DNA of 48,932 nt, taken from the UHGV virus genome UHGV-1350838, one strand, 5' to 3'. Shown one piece after another: positions 11,439-21,579 of this stretch (position 1 is its first letter; each line of letters opens with the position of its first letter). The stretch is from a virus. The notes under the pieces are model-generated. The model ran no database searches. It saw nothing but the letters and a program-made list of their open reading frames with translations, and had not been told where the DNA came from. Position numbers and translations under genes: made by a program.

Positions 11439-12278
11439 ATGAAGAATGGTTTTTATGCGACTTACCGCAGCAAAAATAAAGGGAAAGATAAGCGCTCAAT
11501 AAACCTGTCTGTTTTCCTTAATTCTCTGCTGGCTGATAATCATCACCTGCAGGTTGGCTCCAATTATTTGTATATTCATAAAATCGATGGAAAAACTTTT
11601 CTCTTTACCAAAACAAATGACAAGAGTCTGGTTCAGAAGATAAATCGCTCTAAAGCTTCAGTTGAAGATATTAAGAACAGCCTCGCAGATGACGAATCAT
11701 TGGGATTCCCATCTTTTTTGTTTGTTGAAGGCGACACCATTGGTTTTGCCAGAACTGTTTTCGGGCCGACCACATCCGATCTGACAGATTTTTTAATCGG
11801 GAAAGGAATGTCATTAAGCAGTGGAGAGCGCGTTCAGATAGAGCCACTGATGAGGGGAACCACCAAAGACGATGTTATGCATATGCATTTCATCGGCCGA
11901 ACAACGGTGAAGGTAGAAGCCAAGCTACCTGTATTTGGCGATATATTAAAGGTCTTAGGGGCAACAGATATTGAAGGGGAGCTTTTTGACTCATTGGATA
12001 TAGTCATTAAGCCAAAATTTAAAAGGGATATAAAAAAGGTTGCCAAGGATATTATTTTTAACCCGTCACCTCAATTTTCAGACATTAGCCTGCGGGCAAA
12101 AGATGAGGCCGGAGATATTTTAACAGAACATTATCTATCAGAAAAAGGCCATCTCTCAGCGCCTCTGAACAAGGTCACCAATGCTGAGATAGCTGAAGAG
12201 ATGGCATATTGCTACGCAAGAATGAAAAGTGATATACTGGAATGTTTTAAAAGGCAGGTGGGCAAAGTTAAGGATTAA
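11439..12278 (+). CDS. rexA: RexA (Rex exclusion / abortive infection, sensor component)
   Basis: 279 aa, cotranscribed downstream of cI. Confidence 0.9.
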   Translation: MKNGFYATYRSKNKGKDKRSINLSVFLNSLLADNHHLQVGSNYLYIHKIDGKTFLFTKTNDKSLVQKINRSKASVEDIKNSLADDESLGFPSFLFVEGDTIGFARTVFGPTTSDLTDFLIGKGMSLSSGERVQIEPLMRGTTKDDVMHMHFIGRTTVKVEAKLPVFGDILKVLGATDIEGELFDSLDIVIKPKFKRDIKKVAKDIIFNPSPQFSDISLRAKDEAGDILTEHYLSEKGHLSAPLNKVTNAEIAEEMAYCYARMKSDILECFKRQVGKVKD

Positions 12279-12293
12279 TTATCAGGAGTAATT

Positions 12294-12728
12294 ATGCGGA
12301 ACAGAATCATGCCTGGTGTTTACATAGTAATAATTCCTTACGTTATCGTAAGCATTTGCTATCTCCTTTTCCGCCACTACATTCCTGGTGTTTCTTTTTC
12401 AGCTCATAGAGATGGTCTTGGGGCGACATTGTCATCATATGCAGGAACCATGATTGCAATCCTGATTGCTGCCTTGACGTTTCTAATCGGAAGCAGAACG
12501 CGCCGACTGGCCAAGATTAGAGAGTATGGGTATATGACATCGGTAGTTATTGTCTATGCCCTTAGTTTTGTTGAGCTTGGAGCTTTGTTTTTCTGCGGGT
12601 TATTGCTTCTTTCCAGCATAAGCGGCTACATGATACCCACTATCGCCATCGGCATTGCCTCTGCATCGTTCATTCATATATGCATCCTTGTTTTCCAACT
12701 ATATAATTTGACCAGAGAACAAGAATAA
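12294..12728 (+). CDS. rexB: RexB (Rex exclusion, membrane ion-channel component)
   Basis: 144 aa with multiple hydrophobic TM segments. Confidence 0.9.
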   Translation: MRNRIMPGVYIVIIPYVIVSICYLLFRHYIPGVSFSAHRDGLGATLSSYAGTMIAILIAALTFLIGSRTRRLAKIREYGYMTSVVIVYALSFVELGALFFCGLLLLSSISGYMIPTIAIGIASASFIHICILVFQLYNLTREQE

Positions 12729-12901
12729 CCCGGCCTCAGCGCCGGGTTTTCTTTGCCTCACGATCGCCCCCAAAACACATAACCAATTGTATTTATTGAA
12801 AAATAAATAGATACAACTCACTAAACATAGCAATTCAGATCTCTCACCTACCAAACAATGCCCCCCTGCAAAAAATAAATTCATATAAAAAACATACAGA
12901 T

Positions 12902-12970
12902 AACCATCTGCGGTGATAAATTATCTCTGGCGGTGTTGACATAAATACCACTGGCGGTGATACTGAGCAC
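12902..12970 (+). promoter_or_regulatory. Left operator OL3-OL2-OL1 with promoter pL
   Basis: Operators at 12902..12918, 12922..12938, 12946..12962; -35 TTGACA 12936..12941, -10 GATACT 12959..12964. Confidence 0.9.
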
Positions 12971-13003
12971 ATCAGCAGGACGCACTGACCACCATGAAGG
13001 TGA

Positions 13004-13034
13004 CGCTCTTAAAAATTAAGCCCTGAAGAAGGGC
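13004..13034 (+). promoter_or_regulatory. nutL (boxA CGCTCTT plus boxB GCCCTGAAGAAGGGC)
   Basis: Read directly upstream of N. Confidence 0.8.
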
Positions 13035-13192
13035 AGCATTCAAAGCAGAAGGCTTTGGGGTGTGTGATACGAAACGAAGCATTGGCCGTAAGTGCGATTC
13101 CGGATTAGCTGCCAATGTGCCAATCGCGGGGGGTTTTCGTTCAGGACTACAACTGCCACACACCACCAAAGCTAACTGACAGGAGAATCCAG

Positions 13193-13516
13193 ATGGATGC
13201 ACAAACACGCCGCCGCGAACGTCGCGCAGAGAAACAGGCTCAATGGAAAGCAGCAAATCCCCTGTTGGTTGGGGTAAGCGCAAAACCAGTTAACCGCCCT
13301 ATTCTCTCGCTGAATCGCAAACCGAAATCACGAGTAGAAAGCGCACTAAATCCGATAGACCTTACAGTGCTGGCTGAATACCACAAACAGATTGAAAGCA
13401 ACCTGCAACGTATTGAGCGCAAGAATCAGCGCACATGGTACAGCAAGCCTGGCGAACGCGGCATAACATGCAGTGGACGCCAGAAAATTAAGGGAAAATC
13501 GATTCCTCTTATCTAG
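13193..13516 (+). CDS. N: Antiterminator N
   Basis: 107 aa MDAQTRRRERRAEKQAQWKAANPLL (arginine-rich motif). Confidence 0.9.
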   Translation: MDAQTRRRERRAEKQAQWKAANPLLVGVSAKPVNRPILSLNRKPKSRVESALNPIDLTVLAEYHKQIESNLQRIERKNQRTWYSKPGERGITCSGRQKIKGKSIPLI

Positions 13517-14071
13517 TTACTTAGATATTGGCCTTGGCTTTATCTCAATATTATATGGATCATAGCTGGCAACTAATTCAGTCCAGTAAATATCCTCAAT
13601 AGGGAATAATATATGCTTTCCATTCCATCGGGAAAAAGTTTTGTTCAACACACCAAGCTCAATCAACTCACTAATGTATGGGAATTGTTTTGATGTAACC
13701 ACATACTTCCTGCCTTCATTAAGGGCTGCGCACAAAACCATAGATTGCTCTTCTGTAAGGTTTTGAATTACTGATCGCACTTTATCGTTTTGCATCTTAA
13801 TGCGTTTTCTTAGCTTAAATCGCTTATATCTGGCGCTGGCAATAGCTGATAATCGATGCACATTAATTGCTAGCGAAAATGCAAGAGCAAAGACGAAAAC
13901 ATGCCACACATGAGGAATACCGATTCTCTCATTAACATATTCAGGCCAGTTATCTGGGCTTAAAAGCAGAAGTCCAACCCAGATAACGATCATATACATG
14001 GTTCTCTCCAGAGGTTCATTACTGAACACTCGTCCGAGAATAACGAGTGGATCCATTTCTATACTCATCAA
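13517..14071 (-). CDS. sieB: Probable superinfection exclusion protein SieB
   Basis: 184-aa ORF between N and ral on the opposite strand, hydrophobic N-terminal segment; named by position and recollection. Confidence 0.55.
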   Translation of the reverse strand: MMSIEMDPLVILGRVFSNEPLERTMYMIVIWVGLLLLSPDNWPEYVNERIGIPHVWHVFVFALAFSLAINVHRLSAIASARYKRFKLRKRIKMQNDKVRSVIQNLTEEQSMVLCAALNEGRKYVVTSKQFPYISELIELGVLNKTFSRWNGKHILFPIEDIYWTELVASYDPYNIEIKPRPISK

Positions 14072-14265
14072 ACTGTAGGGGTTGTAATAGTTTATCCGAT
14101 TTCTCGCTGTAGGGGTACACGAGAACCACCGAGCCTGATGTGGTTAAAAGACAGGCACAATCTTTACTACCGCAATCCACTATTTAAGGTGATATATGGA
14201 AGAAGAATTTGAAGAGTTCGAAGAGCATCCTCAGGATGTGATGGAACAATACCAGGACTATCCGT

Positions 14266-14466
14266 ATGACTACGACTATTGATAAAAATCAATGGTGTGG
14301 ACAATTCAAGCGATGCAATGGATGCAAGCTGCAATCGGAATGCATGGTTAAGCCTGAAGAAATGTTTCCTGTAATGGAAGATGGGAAATATGTCGATAAA
14401 TGGGCAATACGAACGACGGCAATGATTGCCAGAGAACTTGGTAAACAGAACAACAAAGCTGCCTGA
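14266..14466 (+). CDS. ral: Ral (restriction alleviation)
   Basis: 66-aa ORF at the lambda ral position. Confidence 0.85.
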   Translation: MTTTIDKNQWCGQFKRCNGCKLQSECMVKPEEMFPVMEDGKYVDKWAIRTTAMIARELGKQNNKAA

Positions 14467-14648
14467 TAGTGGCCTTTATTTTTGGCATAAATAACAGAAT
14501 AAACACTGCACTGTGTATTCATTCCAACGAGTGAATACACGGAGCAATGTCGCTCGTAACTAAACAGGAGCCGACTTGTTCTGATTATTGGAAATCTTCT
14601 TTGCCCTCCAGTGTGAGGGCGATTTTTTATCTGTGAGGATATGAACAG

Positions 14649-15017
14649 ATGTCAAACATCAAAAAATACATCATTGATTACGACTGGAAAGCATCAATAG
14701 AAATTGAAATCGACCATGACGTAATGACAGAGGAAAAACTTCACCAGATTAATAATTTCTGGTCAGACTCTGAATACCGACTCAATAAACACGGCTCTGT
14801 ATTAAATGCTGTATTAATCATGCTGGCGCAACATGCTCTGCTTATAGCAATTTCAAGCGACTTAAATGCATATGGTGTTGTGTGTGAGTTCGACTGGAAT
14901 GATGGAAATGGTCAGGAAGGATGGCCTCCAATGGATGGTAGCGAAGGAATAAGAATTACCGATATCGATACATCAGGAATATTTGATTCAGATGATATGA
15001 CTATCAAGGCCGCCTGA
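14649..15017 (+). CDS. ea10: Ea10
   Basis: 122-aa ORF at the lambda ea10 position. Confidence 0.8.
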   Translation: MSNIKKYIIDYDWKASIEIEIDHDVMTEEKLHQINNFWSDSEYRLNKHGSVLNAVLIMLAQHALLIAISSDLNAYGVVCEFDWNDGNGQEGWPPMDGSEGIRITDIDTSGIFDSDDMTIKAA

Positions 15018-15089
15018 GTGCGGTTTTACCGCATACCAATAACGCTTCACTCGAGGCGTTTTTCGTTATGTATAAATAAGGAGCACACC

Positions 15090-15254
15090 ATGCAATATGC
15101 CATTGCAGGGTGGCCTGTTGCTGGCTGCCCTTCCGAATCTTTACTTGAACGAATCACCCGTAAATTACGTGACGGATGGAAACGCCTTATCGACATACTT
15201 AATCAGCCAGGAGTCCCAAAGAATGGATCAAACACTTATGGCTATCCAGACTAA
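15090..15254 (+). CDS. cIII: CIII (FtsH protease inhibitor)
   Basis: 54 aa from MQYAIAGWPVAGCPSESLLERITRKLRDGWKRL. Confidence 0.85.
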   Translation: MQYAIAGWPVAGCPSESLLERITRKLRDGWKRLIDILNQPGVPKNGSNTYGYPD

Positions 15255-15366
15255 ATTCACTATCGCCACTTTTATTGGCGATGAAAAGATGTTTCGTGAA
15301 GCCGTCGACGCTTATAAAAAATGGATATTAATACTGAAACTGAGATCAAGCAAAAGCATTCACTAA
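15223..15366 (+). CDS. kil: Kil (host-killing, FtsZ inhibitor)
   Basis: 47 aa from [12 protein letters not shown]; overlaps the cIII 3' end. Confidence 0.75.
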
Positions 15367-15737
15367 CCCCCTTTCCTGTTTTCCTAATCAGCCCGGCATT
15401 TCGCGGGCGATATTTTCACAGCTATTTCAGGAGTTCAGCCATGAACGCTTATTACATTCAGGATCGTCTTGAGGCTCAGAGCTGGGCGCGTCACTACCAG
15501 CAGCTCGCCCGTGAAGAGAAAGAGGCAGAACTGGCAGACGACATGGAAAAAGGCCTGCCCCAGCACCTGTTTGAATCGCTATGCATCGATCATTTGCAAC
15601 GCCACGGGGCCAGCAAAAAATCCATTACCCGTGCGTTTGATGACGATGTTGAGTTTCAGGAGCGCATGGCAGAACACATCCGGTACATGGTTGAAACCAT
15701 TGCTCACCACCAGGTTGATATTGATTCAGAGGTATAA
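15321..15737 (+). CDS. gam: Gam (RecBCD inhibitor)
   Basis: 138 aa. Confidence 0.9.
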
Positions 15738-15742
15738 AACGA

Positions 15743-16528
15743 ATGAGTACTGCACTCGCAACGCTGGCTGGGAAGCTGGCTGAACGTGTCGGCATGGATT
15801 CTGTCGACCCACAGGAACTGATCACCACTCTTCGCCAGACGGCATTTAAAGGTGATGCCAGCGATGCGCAGTTCATCGCATTACTGATCGTTGCCAACCA
15901 GTACGGCCTTAATCCGTGGACGAAAGAAATTTACGCCTTTCCTGATAAGCAGAATGGCATCGTTCCGGTGGTGGGCGTTGATGGCTGGTCCCGCATCATC
16001 AATGAAAACCAGCAGTTTGATGGCATGGACTTTGAGCAGGACAATGAATCCTGTACATGCCGGATTTACCGCAAGGACCGTAATCATCCGATCTGCGTTA
16101 CCGAATGGATGGATGAATGCCGCCGCGAACCATTCAAAACTCGCGAAGGCAGAGAAATCACGGGGCCGTGGCAGTCGCATCCCAAACGGATGTTACGTCA
16201 TAAAGCCATGATTCAGTGTGCCCGTCTGGCCTTCGGATTTGCTGGTATCTATGACAAGGATGAAGCCGAGCGCATTGTCGAAAATACTGCATACACTGCA
16301 GAACGTCAGCCGGAACGCGACATCACTCCGGTTAACGATGAAACCATGCAGGAGATTAACACTCTGCTGATCGCCCTGGATAAAACATGGGATGACGACT
16401 TATTGCCGCTCTGTTCCCAGATATTTCGCCGCGACATTCGTGCATCGTCAGAACTGACACAGGCCGAAGCAGTAAAAGCTCTTGGATTCCTGAAACAGAA
16501 AGCCGCAGAGCAGAAGGTGGCAGCATGA
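15743..16528 (+). CDS. bet: Bet (Red-beta single-strand annealing protein)
   Basis: 261 aa [20 protein letters not shown]. Confidence 0.95.
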
Positions 16529-17205
16529 CACCGGACATTATCCTGCAGCGTACCGGGATCGATGTGAGAGCTGTCGAACAGGGGGATGATGCGTGGCACA
16601 AATTACGGCTCGGCGTCATCACCGCTTCAGAAGTTCACAACGTGATAGCAAAACCCCGCTCCGGAAAGAAGTGGCCTGACATGAAAATGTCCTACTTCCA
16701 CACCCTGCTTGCTGAGGTTTGCACCGGTGTGGCTCCGGAAGTTAACGCTAAAGCACTGGCCTGGGGAAAACAGTACGAGAACGACGCCAGAACCCTGTTT
16801 GAATTCACTTCCGGCGTGAATGTTACTGAATCCCCGATCATCTATCGCGACGAAAGTATGCGTACCGCCTGCTCTCCCGATGGTTTATGCAGTGACGGCA
16901 ACGGCCTTGAACTGAAATGCCCGTTTACCTCCCGGGATTTCATGAAGTTCCGGCTCGGTGGTTTCGAGGCCATAAAGTCAGCTTACATGGCCCAGGTGCA
17001 GTACAGCATGTGGGTGACGCGAAAAAATGCCTGGTACTTTGCCAACTATGACCCGCGTATGAAGCGTGAAGGCCTGCATTATGTCGTGATTGAGCGGGAT
17101 GAAAAGTACATGGCGAGTTTTGACGAGATCGTGCCGGAGTTCATCGAAAAAATGGACGAGGCACTGGCTGAAATTGGTTTTGTATTTGGGGAGCAATGGC
17201 GATGA
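16525..17205 (+). CDS. exo: Exo (Red-alpha 5'-3' exonuclease)
   Basis: 226 aa [26 protein letters not shown]. Confidence 0.95.
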
Positions 17206-17384
17206 CGCATCCTCACGATAATATCCGGGTAGGCGCAATCACTTTCGTCTACTCCGTTACAAAGCGAGGCTGGGTATTTCCCGGCCTTTCTGTTATCCGA
17301 AATCCACTGAAAGCACAGCGGCTGGCTGAGGAGATAAATAATAAACGAGGGGCTGTATGCACAAAGCATCTTCTGTTGAGTTAA
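17202..17384 (+). CDS. Orf60a
   Basis: 60-aa ORF overlapping the exo stop. Confidence 0.55.
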
Positions 17385-17548
17385 GAACGAGTATCGAGAT
17401 GGCACATAGCCTTGCTCAAATTGGAATCAGGTTTGTGCCAATACCAGTAGAAACAGACGAAGAATTTCATACGTTAGCCGCATCCCTTTCACAAAAGCTG
17501 GAAATGATGGTGGCGAAAGCAGAAGCAGATGAGAGAAACCAGGTATGA
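17357..17548 (+). CDS. Orf63
   Basis: 63-aa ORF. Confidence 0.55.
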   Translation: MHKASSVELRTSIEMAHSLAQIGIRFVPIPVETDEEFHTLAASLSQKLEMMVAKAEADERNQV

Positions 17549-17714
17549 CAACCACGGAATGCATTTTTCTGGCAGCGGGCTTCATATTCTGTGTGCTTAT
17601 GCTTGCCGACATGGGACTTGTTCAATGACACCTCAGCAGGAAAACGCCCTTCGCAGCATTGCCCGTCAGGCTAATTCTGAAATCAAAAAAAGCCAGACAG
17701 CAGTTTCCGGATAA
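17529..17714 (+). CDS. Orf61
   Basis: 61-aa ORF. Confidence 0.55.
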   Translation: MRETRYDNHGMHFSGSGLHILCAYACRHGTCSMTPQQENALRSIARQANSEIKKSQTAVSG

Positions 17715-17939
17715 AAACGTCGATGACATTTGCCGTAGCGTACTGAAGAAGCACCGCGAAACGGTAACGCTGATGGGATTCACACCGACTCATTTAAGCC
17801 TGGCAATCGGCATGTTAAACGGCGTCTTTAAGGAACGATGAACATGAAAAGCAAAATCATCAGGGAGCTACAGGCTCCTTTTTTATTATTCGCATTCACC
17901 CTCAAGCGTATTAACCAACAGTTCAGGGATTAATGAAAG

Positions 17940-18161
17940 ATGGCAGACATCATTGATTCAGCATCAGAAATAGAAGAATTACAGCGCAACACAGCAATAA
18001 AAATGCGCCGCCTGAACCACCAGGCTATATCTGCCACTCATTGTTGTGAGTGTGGCGATCCGATAGATGAACGAAGACGCCTGGTCGTTCAGGGTTGTCG
18101 GACTTGTGCAAGTTGCCAGGAGGATCTGGAACTTATCAGTAAACAGAGAGGTTCGAAGTGA
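17940..18161 (+). CDS. TraR/DksA-like C4 zinc-finger protein
   Basis: 73 aa with CxxC-x14-CxxC; stop overlaps the ea22 GTG start (GTGA). Confidence 0.55.
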   Translation: MADIIDSASEIEELQRNTAIKMRRLNHQAISATHCCECGDPIDERRRLVVQGCRTCASCQEDLELISKQRGSK

Positions 18162-18706
18162 GCGAAATTAACTCTCAGGCACTGCGTGAAGCGGCAGAGC
18201 AGGCAATGCATGACGACTGGGGATTTGACGCAGACCTTTTCCATGAATTGGTAACACCATCGATTGTGCTGGAACTGCTGGATGAACGGGAAAGAAACCA
18301 GCAATACATCAAACGCCGCGACCAGGAGAACGAGGATATTGCGCTAACAGTAGGGAAACTGCGTGTTGAGCTTGAAACAGCAAAATCAAAACTCAACGAG
18401 CAGCGTGAGTATTACGAAGGTGTTATCTCGGATGGGAGTAAGCGTATTGCTAAACTGGAAAGCAACGAAGTCCGTGAAGACGGAAACCAGTTTCTTGTTG
18501 TTCGCCATCCTGGGAAGACTCCTGTTATCAAGCACTGCACTGGTGACCTGGAAGAGTTTCTGCGGCAGTTAATCGAACAAGACCCGTTAGTAACTATCGA
18601 CATCATTACGCATCGCTATTACGGGGTTGGAGGTCAATGGGTTCAGGATGCAGGTGAGTATCTGCATATGATGTCTGACGCTGGCATTCGCATCAAAGGA
18701 GAGTGA
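18158..18706 (+). CDS. ea22: Ea22
   Basis: 182 aa, GTG start. Confidence 0.8.
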   Translation: MSEINSQALREAAEQAMHDDWGFDADLFHELVTPSIVLELLDERERNQQYIKRRDQENEDIALTVGKLRVELETAKSKLNEQREYYEGVISDGSKRIAKLESNEVREDGNQFLVVRHPGKTPVIKHCTGDLEEFLRQLIEQDPLVTIDIITHRYYGVGGQWVQDAGEYLHMMSDAGIRIKGE

Positions 18707-18897
18707 GATCGGTTTTGTAAAAGATAACGCTTGTGAAAATGCTGAATTTCGCGTCGTCTTCACAGCGATGCCAGAGTCTGTAGTGTCAGATGATGACCGT
18801 ACTCAAACATCGGGTTGAGTATTATCTTACTGTTTCTTTACATAAACATTGCTGATACCGTTTAGCTGAAACGACATACATTGCAAGGAGTTTATAA

Positions 18898-19179
18898 ATG
18901 AGTATCAATGAGTTAGAGTCTGAGCAAAAAGATTGGGCGTTATCAATGTTGTGCAGATCCGGTGTCTTGTCTCCATGCAGACATCACGAAGGTGTTTATG
19001 TAGATGAAGGTATAGATATAGAGTCGGCATACAAATATTCCATGAAGGTTTATAAGTCTAATGAAGACAAATCCCCATTCTGCAATGTGCGAGAAATGAC
19101 TGATACCGTGCAAAATTATTATCACGAGTACGGTGGAAACGATACTTGCCCTCTCTGTACAAAACATATAGATGATTAA
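18898..19179 (+). CDS. ea8.5: Ea8.5
   Basis: 93 aa, Cys/His-rich. Confidence 0.8.
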   Translation: MSINELESEQKDWALSMLCRSGVLSPCRHHEGVYVDEGIDIESAYKYSMKVYKSNEDKSPFCNVREMTDTVQNYYHEYGGNDTCPLCTKHIDD

Positions 19180-19474
19180 ACCCAATATTACATAACAATC
19201 CTCGCACTCGCGGGGATTTATTTTATCTGAACTCGCTACGGCGGGTTTTGTTTTATGGAGATGATAAATGCACTTCCGAGTCACAGGAGAATGGAATGGA
19301 GAGCCATTCAACAGAGTTATCGAAGCGGAGAACATCAACGACTGCTACGACCACTGGATGATATGGGCGCAGATAGCACATGCAGACGTAACCAATATTC
19401 GAATTGAAGAACTGAAAGAACACCAAGCCGCCTGATGGCGGTTTTTTCTTGCGTGTAATTGCGGAGACTTTGCG

Positions 19475-19693
19475 ATGTACTTGACACTTCAGGAGTGGAA
19501 CGCACGCCAGCGACGTCCAAGAAGCCTTGAAACAGTTCGTCGATGGGTTCGGGAATGCAGGATATTCCCACCTCCGGTTAAGGATGGAAGAGAGTATCTG
19601 TTCCACGAATCAGCGGTAAAGGTTGACTTAAATCGACCAGTAACAGGTGGCCTTTTGAAGAGGATCAGAAATGGGAAGAAGGCGAAGTCATGA
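19475..19693 (+). CDS. xis: Excisionase Xis
   Basis: 72 aa MYLTLQEWNARQRRPRSLETVRRWVRECRIFPPPVKDGREY. Confidence 0.9.
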   Translation: MYLTLQEWNARQRRPRSLETVRRWVRECRIFPPPVKDGREYLFHESAVKVDLNRPVTGGLLKRIRNGKKAKS

Positions 19694-20741
19694 GCGCCGG
19701 GATTTACCCCCTAACCTTTATATAAGAAACAATGGATATTACTGCTACAGGGACCCAAGGACGGGTAAAGAGTTTGGATTAGGCAGAGACAGGCGAATCG
19801 CAATCACTGAAGCTATACAGGCCAACATTGAGTTATTTTCAGGACACAAACACAAGCCTCTGACAGCGAGAATCAACAGTGATAATTCCGTTACGTTACA
19901 TTCATGGCTTGATCGCTACGAAAAAATCCTGGCCAGCAGAGGAATCAAGCAGAAGACACTCATAAATTACATGAGCAAAATTAAAGCAATAAGGAGGGGT
20001 CTGCCTGATGCTCCACTTGAAGACATCACCACAAAAGAAATTGCGGCAATGCTCAATGGATACATAGACGAGGGCAAGGCGGCGTCAGCCAAGTTAATCA
20101 GATCAACACTGAGCGATGCATTCCGAGAGGCAATAGCTGAAGGCCATATAACAACAAACCATGTCGCTGCCACTCGCGCAGCAAAATCAGAGGTAAGGAG
20201 ATCAAGACTTACGGCTGACGAATACCTGAAAATTTATCAAGCAGCAGAATCATCACCATGTTGGCTCAGACTTGCAATGGAACTGGCTGTTGTTACCGGG
20301 CAACGAGTTGGTGATTTATGCGAAATGAAGTGGTCTGATATCGTAGATGGATATCTTTATGTCGAGCAAAGCAAAACAGGCGTAAAAATTGCCATCCCAA
20401 CAGCATTGCATATTGATGCTCTCGGAATATCAATGAAGGAAACACTTGATAAATGCAAAGAGATTCTTGGCGGAGAAACCATAATTGCATCTACTCGTCG
20501 CGAACCGCTTTCATCCGGCACAGTATCAAGGTATTTTATGCGCGCACGAAAAGCATCAGGTCTTTCCTTCGAAGGGGATCCGCCTACCTTTCACGAGTTG
20601 CGCAGTTTGTCTGCAAGACTCTATGAGAAGCAGATAAGCGATAAGTTTGCTCAACATCTTCTCGGGCATAAGTCGGACACCATGGCATCACAGTATCGTG
20701 ATGACAGAGGCAGGGAGTGGGACAAAATTGAAATCAAATAA
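19671..20741 (+). CDS. int: Tyrosine integrase Int
   Basis: 356 aa MGRRRSHERRDLPPNLYIRNNGYYCYRDPRTGKEF; overlaps xis. Confidence 0.95.
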   Translation: MGRRRSHERRDLPPNLYIRNNGYYCYRDPRTGKEFGLGRDRRIAITEAIQANIELFSGHKHKPLTARINSDNSVTLHSWLDRYEKILASRGIKQKTLINYMSKIKAIRRGLPDAPLEDITTKEIAAMLNGYIDEGKAASAKLIRSTLSDAFREAIAEGHITTNHVAATRAAKSEVRRSRLTADEYLKIYQAAESSPCWLRLAMELAVVTGQRVGDLCEMKWSDIVDGYLYVEQSKTGVKIAIPTALHIDALGISMKETLDKCKEILGGETIIASTRREPLSSGTVSRYFMRARKASGLSFEGDPPTFHELRSLSARLYEKQISDKFAQHLLGHKSDTMASQYRDDRGREWDKIEIK

Positions 20742-20974
20742 TGATTTTATTTTGACTGATAGTGACCTGTTCGTTGCAACAAATTGATAAGCAATGCTTT
20801 TTTATAATGCCAACTTAGTATAAAAAAGCTGAACGAGAAACGTAAAATGATATAAATATCAATATATTAAATTAGATTTTGCATAAAAAACAGACTACAT
20901 AATACTGTAAAACACAACATATGCAGTCACTATGAATCAACTACTTAGATGGTATTAGTGACCTGTAACAGAGC
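20740..20974. other. attP: attP, intact phage attachment site (15-bp core at 20815..20829)
   Basis: Core ttagtataaaaaagc is the reverse complement of GCTTTTTTATACTAA; flanked by phage P and P' arm sequence on both sides, so not an integrated attL/attR. Confidence 0.85.
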
Positions 20975-21016
20975 ATTAGCGCAAGGTGATTTTTGTCTTC
21001 TTGCGCTAATTTTTTG
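20975..21016 (+). terminator. tI terminator / sib retroregulation hairpin
   Basis: Inverted repeat attagcgcaag...cttgcgctaat followed by TTTTTT. Confidence 0.75.
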
Positions 21017-21579
21017 TCATCAAACCTGTCGCACTCCAGAGAAGCACAAAGCCTCGCAATCCAGTGCAAAGCTTTGTGTGCCACCCACTACGACCTGCAT
21101 AACCAGTAAGAAGATAGCAGTGATGTCAAACGACGCAGCTGACTTCTTTTCTTTCACGACTTCCCCACACCCAGCATGCATACCTTTCCGCCATAACTGT
21201 AGTGAATGTCTGTTATGAGCGAGGAGCGGAAGTTAACACTTATGAAAAATGGCTACGAAGTCCGTGGCTATCTATCGGCTTATTAGTACTTGAAACGCTT
21301 CTTCAGAAGCCTGAAGAGCTAATCGTTCGGCGATACTATATATGCATTAATAGACTATATCGTTGGTATAAACAGTGCACCATGCAACATGAATAACAGT
21401 GGGTTATCCAAAAGGAAGCAGAAAGCTAAATATGGAAAACTACAATACGATGCCCCGTTAAGTTCAATACTACTAATTTTTAGATGGAAAACGTATGTAA
21501 TAGAGAGTAACTTAAAAGAGAGATCCTGTGTTGCCGCCAAATAAATTGCGGTTATTTTAATAAAATTAAGGGTTACTAT

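Noticed and set aside
14196-14282. 28-codon ORF upstream of ral (position of lambda orf28)
   Set aside because: Too short to support from sequence alone; ATG and stop are present but there is no other evidence.
17659-17841. 60-aa ORF between orf61 and the TraR-like ORF
   Set aside because: No recognisable motif, and I do not recall a matching lambda gene; it may be real but is unsupported.
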